This document shows, piece after piece, positions 23,160 through 32,416 of a DNA stretch of 32,416 bases. The first letter of the stretch is position 1, and every line of letters starts with the position of its first letter. This DNA is from Jimgerdemannia flammicorona (lineage: Eukaryota), in NCBI GenBank assembly GCA_003990765.1, contig RBNJ01000349.1:1-32416 (forward strand), read 5' to 3'. The notes below the pieces were generated by a model. That model was not told the DNA's origin, did not search any database, and saw only the letters and a list, made by a program, of their open reading frames with translations. The translations under genes and the position numbers were made by a program.

Positions 23160-25069
23160 ATGGCCAAGACTGTCGACCCCTGGGTACGTACACATGCTCT
23201 CTTCCACATGCTGTTTATGTTCACGAATCCATATGCACAGCTCCCTTATTATTTTGTTGTCGCGTTCCCACAGAACGTTGGTCTCAACACCACCCTTGAG
23301 GAGGAGGACAAGGAAATTTTCGACCTCGTCGAGAAGGAGAAACTCAGACAGTACACTGGCTTGGAACTCATCGCGTCCGAGGTATGTTAGTATGCATGTT
23401 ATGTTGTGGCTGCTGCAAAGGTAGCCCAGGATATAGTCGAGTTTGAGAAAATACATGTTGCATTCCGGAGTGACGCGCTGTGCGACTACGCGTTGTCTGA
23501 CAGGCCACGTCCCCTTCCTGCAGAACTTCACCTCGCTGGCCGTCATGGAAGCCAACGGCTCCCCATTGACTAACAAATACTCAGAGGGTCTACCTGGCGC
23601 CAGGTACTACGGCGGTAACGAGCACATCGATGAGATTGAGAACATCTGCCGTAAGCGGGCTCTCGAGGCCTTCCGCTTGGATCCCGTCGTCTGGGGTGTC
23701 AACGTTCAACCTTACTCCGGCTCCACCGCCAACTTCTCGGCCCTCACCGCTCTGATCCAGCCCCACGACCGCCTCATGGGTTTGGAGCTCGCCTCCGGTG
23801 GCCATTTGACCCACGGTCACCAGACCGCCAAGAAGAAAATCTCCTCATCCTCCATCTACTTTGAATCCATGCCCTATCAAGTCGTTATGGAGACAGGTTT
23901 GATTGACTACGAGGCTCTCGAGCGTAACTCTCTTCTCTTCCGCCCCAAGCTCCTCATCTGCGGCGCTTCCGCTTACCCGCGCGAGTGGGACTATCCCCGC
24001 CTCCGTAAGATCGCCGACGCCCACGGCGCCTTCCTTATGGCCGACATGGCCCACATCTCAGGCCTCGTCGCCGGCCAGGAGGCCGCGAACCCCTTCGATT
24101 TCTGCGACGTTGTCACGACCACGACGCACAAGACCCTCCGTGGTCCGCGCGCCGGTCTCATCTTCTTCCGCAAGGACAAGAACAACGACCTCGAGAACCG
24201 CGTCAACCAGGCCGTCTTCCCCGCTAATCAGGGTGGTCCGCACAACAACACCATCGCTGCCATCGCCGTCGCGCTCAAGCAAGCTGCGACGCCCGAGTTC
24301 AGGAAGTACGCCCAGCAAGTCCGTGCGAACTCTAAGGCCCTCGCTGAGGCTTTGACCAACTTGGGCTACAAGCTCGCCACCAGCGGTACCGATAACCACC
24401 TTGTTCTGTGGGATTTGAGACCCCAAAAACTTACTGGCTCCAAGGTCGAACGTATCTGCGAAATGGCCAAGTAAGCATCGGATTATATACATATATGTAT
24501 GTTTGGGGAATCTGGCGTAATAGGACAATGGCCAATATATACTCACCGTCACAATTTCGTTTCTTCCCAGCATCACCGTCAACAAGAATTCGATCCACGG
24601 CGACAAGTCCGCGGTCTCTCCCGGCGGTGTCCGCCTCGGTACTGCTGCGCTGACCTCGCGTAGCTTCAAGGAGGAAGATTTCGTTAAAGTGGCCGAGTTC
24701 CTGCATCGTACCGTGCAGATCGCGCTCGATGTTCAGGAGAAGACAAGCAGTAAGATGTTAAAAGATTTTGTCATCGCTTTGGAGGGGAATCAGGACATCG
24801 CCCAGCTCCGGAACGAGGTCGAGGATTTCGCCAAGTTGTTCCCCATGCCTGGTACGTATTTCTCTTGTGCCTAGCATGCGCTGGTTAATCTGGAGGATAT
24901 GGCTAATCAACCTTTTGCACCTTGTCACTTACACGCCTGAATAGGCTTTGACTCCAAGACCATCAAAGCTGCTGAGCGGATCAGGGAGCCGGTCAAGACC
25001 ACCGATTCTCTCAAGTCCGTGGAGCACCACCCGTCCACGGAGGCCATCAAGCCCGCATCCCAAGAGTAA
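23160..25069 (+). CDS. SHMT: Serine hydroxymethyltransferase, probably cytosolic; exons 23160-23183, 23274-23381, 23524-24470, 24571-24851, 24945-25069
   Basis: [34 protein letters not shown]-lysine motif [24 protein letters not shown] and GGVRLGT. All introns are GT-AG and in phase. No N-terminal presequence. Confidence 0.97.
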
Positions 25070-26220
25070 ATTGACACATCTAGGGCTGTCCAACGCTATT
25101 GGACATATCACGCATAATTCTTTTTGTATTCGCCGTTTTTCAACAAAACGATTTTCCGAAAGTGGCTCTTCTAGCTGCATATGAAAAACATGGACGATAT
25201 CTATCTTTAATTGATCTCCCCCTCCCTCCCCTTTCCCTTTCAACACACACCCATATACACTTGATTTTTGTTGCGCTTTTTTTCCTGTTCCTTCTTGTAT
25301 CTACTTTGACCGTTTTTCAACAAAACGGCAGGACTTGACCGTCCCTGATGTATGTATAGATAGAGTCCATTTTTCTTTTTGCGAATGAGATGACGGTGGT
25401 TTGGTAATTGGAGGATACAGATCCGACGGGGCCTCGTTTAGAATTGTGAATTTAGGTACGCTATTGTTGTGTAGCCGGTCAGGGTGACATCCCTGAATTT
25501 CCGTTATTTACAACTGCACCGGTGCCCAGCAAGCGACAGAAGCAGGGCCTCAGCAAACAGGAGAGAAGAGGCACGCAAGGTTGACATCTAAAAGAATACC
25601 GCAGCACCCAAATGGTCTTGCATTGGGAAGACGATCCTATGGACGCCTACAAATCGTCAGGTATCATCATGGGTCGCGCGTTCAGTACCAGAAGACTCCT
25701 TTCACCCTGCACCTCCCTCCCCCTCACCTTCAAGCTTCCCCGACTCGAAAGCACCAGGAGATTTTTGCGGCGCGTATGAGAGGATGCGGTGTAAGAGCGT
25801 TGTCAGCGAGGCCACCGCCAACATGAAGAACGAGGGTGAAGCAGCCTGCCATTACCAATGTCCTGAAACGTCCTGTACGCGGCAGTTGTTTATTATTATT
25901 ATTATTTGGCACCGTCTGCAGCTGTAGATGATCTAAGCACTGCTTTTCCTTACAAAGTTCATTTGCATCGTTCATGCTCAATTAGATTGCTTTAAAGTTT
26001 TGGCTGGCTTTCTATCTAACAGGGCTTGCACAGTCCAAGGCCTGTAGATATCAATGCTGAGGGATGGGCGGGCACAAACCAACACACCTTCCAACTCAGT
26101 CAAAACCTTCCACCTCCGTGTACGCCAACAATCCATTTTACGTCTCATCCACATTTATTACACTTCACAGGATGACTTCGACCATCATGCCTCATTTCAA
26201 CAACACAATGTCATTCACAT

Positions 26221-27089
26221 TTAGAACTTGGTGAACTGCTTGGAGGAGCCCTTGCCCTTCGCGACACGGAGGACATTGAAGCGAACGGTCTTGGAGAGGG
26301 GGCGGCACTGGCCGACAGTCACGTTATCGCCACTGTATATGGGGAAGCAAGATGGAGAAGACACGATTCGGAGTGGGCCGTTCGTGGGGTTTGAGGGGTC
26401 AGTAGGGGTGGATCCTGAGGCTTGGTAAGCCGTTACCTTACCAACTACCCCCGTCCAAAAATCTCAGAGGGAGAGACCGTACAAAATGTACGGGTTCCAT
26501 GAGAGAACTCAGCGGGAGGAGAGACCCGAGAAGGGCACCCTCCATGAGGTATCATATTGCTCGGGTCAACGAAGGGACCGTCTTTGCAATCAACGAATTT
26601 GTGGTCGCACGAGTGGCAGACCATGGTATGGATCGGTGAGGGAATAAAAAAAATAAAAATAACAAACATAAACTCACATCTCCACACCAATGAAGCAGGG
26701 CGACAAATGAGCACTCAGGTTCCTGTGTCTCTTCTCATAACGGTTGTACTTAGGAATGTAATGAAGGTACTCGCGGCGGATAACGATGGTGCGCTTCATT
26801 TTGGTGGAGACGACGACGCCAGTGAGAATGCGACCACGGATAGACACGTCACCAGTGAAGGGGCACTTCTTGTCAATGTAGTGGCCCTCAATGGCCTCTT
26901 TGGGGGTCTTAAAGCCAAGACCGACATCTTTGTACCAGCGCAGGTTCTTCTTGTGAACCTTGGCGTTCTGGAAGATGCCGACTTGTTTCTGGAAGGCTTT
27001 CTCGATCTGCGGTGGGCATTATAAATTGAGCTCGGCACGACTTTGCAGTGCAAGGAAATATGTCAATAAAAACGGACCTGTTCAGACAT
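26221..27089 (-). CDS. RPS11: 40S ribosomal protein S11 (uS17); exons 27089-27078, 27006-26678, 26332-26221
   Basis: [12 protein letters not shown]...[39 protein letters not shown]...[12 protein letters not shown]...SPCF...|[21 protein letters not shown]...KQFTKF*. Confidence 0.97.
26395..26625 (-). ncRNA. Candidate structured RNA in RPS11 intron 2 (snoRNA-like or autoregulatory element), unclassified
   Basis: Several perfect 7-8 bp stems and a duplicated 45-nt module in a 345-nt intron. No family recognised. Confidence 0.45.
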
Positions 27090-27356
27090 GGTGACCTCGC
27101 AACAGACTCGGTTCGGTTGCAAAAGAGGAGTGAAAGAGGAGGATTTCAATTTCACAACAAACGCCAGCGGTTTATTTTTTTTCGCCTGGGCGCGCCAGCC
27201 AATCACATTAAATGGTCAGCGTGTCGTCATCACTTGCCATGAATTTATTTACCTGCCATTCTGGAGGGTATTGCTCGTTAGATATTATGAGTATCATTGC
27301 CACATACAGTCATCCACCGCTCATGTCCAACATATCCTTCCGCATCAAGCGGGCCA

Positions 27357-30300
27357 TCAAAGCATCTCCTCCATCTCATTATCCATCGTTTGGTCGTTCA
27401 GATCCTCTCCGCCCTCCTCTTCGCCATCGTCGTACCCAGTACTGATGCGTTTCTCGAGTCGGGTCAGGCCCTCCCGTGCGTCCTCGTAGTCGGGGTTTAG
27501 GCTAGAAGGCAGGATGCGAGAACAATATAAGTGAGTTTCGCGCGCTGAGGATCGATAACAACAATTAATAATAAACAACTTTTATATCTACGGCATCTTG
27601 AGTGAAAAGGTACTCCACACACACATATTCCAAAATACTCAGAACGCTAACGTCTTACCTCAATGCTGCATTATAATGATGTAAGGCCTTGGGGTAATCC
27701 TCCGCCCTCATATACACGTCAGCCAATCTTGTATGCATGACATCTGTGGGGTGGAGCGGCAGGTATTTTTCCAGTCTGTGTCATATATAAGTGATATTGC
27801 GCATAAGCTACGATTGCCAAAGCAATGTCCAACTCCTATTAAAATTGCCATGTCATCCAAAATCGATGATTTCTTCCCCAAACACCTACAACGCAATTGA
27901 CTCGGCCCACTTCTGTTCCTGTACATTCATGCTAACGAGCGCGAACACTGGTTCAAGACATTTGGGGTCATATTCTAGCGCTGTCTCGAAAGCCTTCCGC
28001 GCCTGCAAAGAGTGTAGTAAAAATAAAGACAGACATGTCAGTCGTCAGAGATGCTATGTTGCAAACTTTCGCAACCGAGATTAATGAGAATAAAATAAAA
28101 ATAAAACACATCATGAAAGCCACGACCAATTCAAATCAGATCAAATACGCGGGGATCAAACCTTATCCTTCGTCTCAGCCGACTGTACCATCACCATTCC
28201 AACAAGCGTCAGCGCGATAGGATTTCTGGGCATAAGGGACAACGCTTCCTTGGCCACATTCATGGCCTCCTTAATTTTGGGGATGGCAAGGTAAGTTTCG
28301 GCAAGGCCTGCAGGTAGGGTGAATGGTATGACATCAATAAAAAGAGAAAATATATTTCGAGCCAAGAAAAGTTAGTGTTGGAGTCCAGCTATTGAAGCGT
28401 AAGAGGTAGGGCGCCATACCTCGACATACAAATAGATCTTTGGAAAGACGATACGCCTTTCGGAAAGCAATAATCGCTTCAGCGTGCCTTCCCATTAGAT
28501 GGAGTAGTGACCCTGCCATAATGTCATGGGTCATAAGCAAACGGCAATAAAGAGAAACATTATTTATTACCAGATCCCAGTATCGGCCTCAATATGGAAA
28601 GAACAGATACCTTTTAGCTGATAAGCCTCCACGTGTCGTCTATCGAGCGCGATGGCCTGCATTGCAGAGAGGAAACGACACAATAAGACGAGACTCCGCG
28701 ATGCGCGATGTCAAAATAAAAAGCCGGAGGAACATTGACCGTTGTCAGTCGGTACCTTATCAACGAAAAGTAGTGCCTTCTCCCGCTCATCCTTCATCTC
28801 GCAGTAGAGTGCCATGGCTAGCCAGCATTCGGGGCGTCGACTATTGATGCGGTGCAGTTCATCGGCGATCCTATGACGTGATTTTCAATCGAGAAAACAG
28901 GATCCAAATGGAAGATGATCAGACCCTCAGCTTCACTATTTGCTACATTATAATAAACTGATTTGCGTGCTTACTTGTTAACGAAGATGGTCTTTCCCTG
29001 GTTTTTTATCAGGTTTGCGTATTTATCCATCCCTTCTACCACATTCGGATCAATCTTGCGAACCTAAAAAGCCAGCCAATTTTCGAAGAATGAAAAGTGA
29101 AGCAGCGTATTTACCAAAAAGAACGCGATTCTCTGGGTCCCAATCAGCACGAATGACGTGGCTGAGCAAAAATTCATTGCACAACGTACTTGAGAGTAAA
29201 GGTAATAAGCTTCGACAGTGTTGTTCATCATTAGATGCGCATCGGAGAGGCTCAGGAGGCAGTCGACGTTGTGTTTGAACATGGTAGTGAGCTCTTGGAA
29301 GCTCTCTATCGCTTCTGAAAACGCGGCCAAGATGAGTATAAGGGGGTCGATTAGCAAAACGTTACGCCACAAAACGAAATTCATAAACTGAGGCCCAGAT
29401 GATTGGCCGCTCTATCCTCTTTCCTCAACCACCACCATGACATTGATGTATCACTCCCGCATACATTATACGCCGATTGCATCACACTCACGCTCATATT
29501 TGAACCCAATATTATTCGCGTGCGCCTCGATATACATGCGCATCCAATCCAGTTCACACGTATGCGGTATGTGCTGAGAGACCTGCTGGAAGGAGAGGCC
29601 ATGCCGCAACAAGGCAAGGTAGGCTTCGATCGCGTATGGTTGTTGCCTGGGTTTAACGGCGGGGGAGATTGTGGGCTTATCGATCGATCAAAATATTTGA
29701 AGTGAAACAAATAACAAGGGCAAGACACTGAGGATATGTGATGTTACCGTAGTATCGCTTGGTAGCATTCGATAGCCAATCTGCGAAATAGAGCGTTGGG
29801 CTTTAGCGTGTGTCAGAAACCGTAATTATGAACCGTGAAATACAGGCGAATAGGGGCGGCGTACTTGATGTCCCCAACCTCTTCGTGCAAGTTTGCCAGC
29901 ATCGATAGTATTTCGATGGTCTTGTGACGATCGGGAATTCCTTCTAACTACATGGTATGACAGGAACGCATGTGTCGAGTCAAGAGCCTGCTCACTCTTT
30001 TCAATTGAAACATAGAAGTCGACGTAGATGCTCACGACAGACTTGGCAAGGGTGTATTCGTGGACTTGCATACAGCACCGTGCGTACTTTAGGCGTATCT
30101 CGTTGTCGGAAGCTTCGTTCCGCTTTTTACCGCCTTTGACGACCTTGGGGGTTTGCAGAGCGCGCTCATAGTACGTCTGCACGCAATGTTCAAGATCTCG
30201 AGTTAAAGACCATATATAGGGCCTGCAAATAAAACTAGAGCAGCAAAAGGTCGCGTACCATTGCCCGACGGTGCTCCGAGTTATGGAACAGGCAATCCGC

Positions 30301-30620
30301 GAAGATGACCATCGTATCGCTCTCAATGGAGGACGTATTCTTGTCGTTCAGCTTAGGGAGTGCCGATAGGAGCATTCCTGCCTGGGTAGCAAGCGAAAGT
30401 TTAGGGTGCCGAAATTGTCTGTATTTTCAAACAATTGTAGTGGCAACAGGTGGTGCAGCTTCGAGCAAGCGAGATGAACGTGGGCGGCTGTGGCTTGTTG
30501 AGACGCGTCTCGATGTGTTCGGCTCACCATGAACTTGGCGGAGGGGTACAGTGCAGCGTCGTATAGAGAGCGAATTCTTTCAAGAGTTGCGACAGGATCG
30601 ATCATGCTATCGGCTGTCAT
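27357..30620 (-). CDS. ANAPC7: Anaphase-promoting complex subunit 7 (TPR protein), many exons
   Basis: Segments match what I recall of APC7: LERIRSLYDAALY (N-terminus), NEIRLKYARC, IPDRHKTIEILSMLANL, HNVDCLLSLSDAH, GSLLHLMGRHAEAIIAFRKA, GLAETYLA..IKEAMNVAKEA, ALHHYNAAL|NPDYEDAREGLTRLEK, then an acidic tail. Confidence 0.85.
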
Positions 30621-30809
30621 TGCTAATTGTCAACGGGCGTAAGGCAAGGCAAGGGATCTCGCGGCGGTCAAGTTTCCCAACGCGCCTTAAGCCACTAGGT
30701 TTTGTTCGTGTCAAGGCGTCTGACGTAGACGAATTGGCAGTCATGCTTTTACTTCACTCTCACTGCTTTTACCCAATTCAACTCTCACTCTCACTTAGTA
30801 ATACCAAGA

Positions 30810-31400
30810 ATGGACCACGCCATCCCCCCTGACGACGAGCTCCTTCTCCGCAGGCGTCTCGAGAATATCCTCACCACACAAATATTTCGCGAGAATCCAC
30901 CCGCCACCTCCTTCGCCTGCCTTCGCCTCGTCCTCACCCTCATCACAAACATCCTCGACCACCCGGGCGAATCGAACTACCACGGCGTGAAGACCAAGAA
31001 CAAGCGCATCCACTCTGAACTCATTGTCGTCCCCGGTGGGGTGGATTTGATTGTCGAGCTCGGTTTCCGCCGCCGCGTCATCGAGTTCGAGGAGAAGTAT
31101 ATGTTCGAGGCTGCGAACGAGGTCGGTTTCGCACGGCTTGGCGTGGGAAGGCAGGAGCTCGAGGCATCGCTCAGGAAGGCGGAGGAGCGCAAGTTGACAG
31201 CCGAACGGATGGCGCAAGGGGAGAAGGATGAGAAGGAGTTGAGGAAGAAGCAGGTCTTGATAGAAATTGAAGAGGATAGGCAGAGGAGAAAAGTGCGCGA
31301 CGAGCGAGCTAAGGCCGCCAGACGCAATACTGGCGACAGTGTCGATGTGGAGGAGCGCGGGACGGATGAGAAGCAGGTTCCATTACAGACCAGGTATTAA
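30810..31400 (+). CDS. PUB/PUG-domain protein with a charged coiled-coil C-terminus (putative p97/Cdc48 interactor), intronless
   Basis: LITNILDHPGESNYHGVKTKNKRI...VPGGVDLIVELGF fits the PUB pattern NI..hP...KY..I...N..I.....GG..hL..hGF. Followed by a KQVLIEIEEDRQRRK coil. Confidence 0.8.
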   Translation: MDHAIPPDDELLLRRRLENILTTQIFRENPPATSFACLRLVLTLITNILDHPGESNYHGVKTKNKRIHSELIVVPGGVDLIVELGFRRRVIEFEEKYMFEAANEVGFARLGVGRQELEASLRKAEERKLTAERMAQGEKDEKELRKKQVLIEIEEDRQRRKVRDERAKAARRNTGDSVDVEERGTDEKQVPLQTRY

Positions 31401-32317
31401 GGGCAGTGAGGAAATGCGCGACAAGGGAGGTAGAGCCGTCGGGTGGCAATCTTTCACCTTCTTGGGGGGTGATCATTTTACACACTGGGCTACGTATTTC
31501 GCCATTACATTTTTTTTTTTTTGGTCGTCCTTCGGAACCGATAACTGCACGTTGGAATGAGAATACTGGGTGTGGGGTTTCCGCCCTCTTTTCTTTGATG
31601 TCAGTAAAGTTGTGAATAAAGAGTAATGTCAACAAAGGGGCGAGGTTTGATAAATTGTAATTACATTGTCGCAACTTGGATTATATACACAACAAAAAAA
31701 AGAGATTAGAATGTATTGTTTCGGGCAGATGAAACTTAATTATTCTGATGAAATTCACAGGCAACGTCACCACGTGAAGATTACGTCGCGTTTGTGCTAT
31801 TGCGGATTGTTGGTTGATGGCGAAGAATACAATTTGAGCCAAATAAGGAAAAGATAAGTTTAGGAGGGAGTAGTGTGGCAAAAATGGTCACGGGCAGCCA
31901 GTCATTCTTAACCGGAACCATCCGGGTGGCAAATGGTTGGGGGGGTCACTTGAGGGTGTGATCAAGGCTGTAAGTATGTAACATGTGCAGGTGATTACGA
32001 AGGCACTTTTGTGTCATGCACCATCAAAATAACAATCTATCGGGGGAACCAAAGAGCAAGTCAACGCCTCCCTTTGTCCGCGTCAGCTCGATCCTTCTTC
32101 TAGTTCGGTCCGCCCTCCCCCCACTTCACCCAGGTAAACATTGCACAAACTAGAGCAGTGGTTGGCATTTGTGAGGTTAAGCCCCGACAACACAGCGCTG
32201 GGACTTTTGGCGCTAAGACTTTTGGCACGGCCCATGCCTTCAATATAATCCCCAGTCACACAGGAGTCCCCCTCGAGACTCTTTCTCCCGAACACAGCCA
32301 ACCGCAACTTGCACTCT

Positions 32318-32318
<1 letters not shown>

Positions 32319-32416
<98 letters not shown>
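32319..32416. repeat. Terminal poly-C run (98 nt)
   Basis: Runs to the window end; likely a contig-end sequencing artefact. Confidence 0.85.

Noticed and set aside
23590..24706. Several overlapping ORFs (e.g. 24058..24669 -, 23903..24355 +)
   Set aside because: Alternative-frame or antisense shadows of the GC3-rich SHMT.
25500..25900. Possible small spliced gene between SHMT and RPS11
   Set aside because: Exon-like pieces can be drawn (MVLHWEDDPMDAYKSS...), but there is no recognisable motif or complete model.
26455..26545. TPP riboswitch or spliceosomal snRNA in the RPS11 intron (GGGTGC...CTGAGA; ATTTTTGG)
   Set aside because: It lacks the TPP GATAAT/CCTGAT-type P4-P5 core and any U1, U2, U4 or U5 signature sequence.
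26557..27024. 155-aa plus-strand ORF
   Set aside because: Antisense shadow of RPS11 exon 2.
32083..32307. 74-aa minus-strand ORF near the window end
   Set aside because: No ATG start and no recognisable motif, next to a probable artefact.
32319..32416. Poly-C as telomere or G-quadruplex element
   Set aside because: A pure homopolymer at the sequence end is typical of two-colour sequencing poly-G artefacts and is not a telomeric repeat.

Overview
Eukaryotic, intron-rich fungal DNA. By inference it is an early-diverging, Mucoromycota-like fungus, since it retains APC7 and a helicase-type ZGRF1. The window has two compartments. Bases 1 to ~14,250 are a CpG-depleted, transition-riddled block of transposon remnants. 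It is dominated by one near-complete Ty3/Gypsy chromovirus (4130-13990) whose single-frame polyprotein runs Gag-CCHC-dUTPase-protease-RT-RNaseH-integrase-chromodomain. Its two long LTRs share their ends but carry different ORF-like interiors, including a ~366-codon degenerate ORF in the 3' LTR. Bases ~14,250-32,416 are CpG-rich and gene-dense: a probable gene relic (-), a ZGRF1-like DUF2439+SF1 helicase (+), cytosolic SHMT (+), RPS11/uS17 (-, with a structured intron), APC7 (-), a PUB-domain gene (+), and a terminal poly-C run. All calls come from manual translation and motif recognition; no searches were run.
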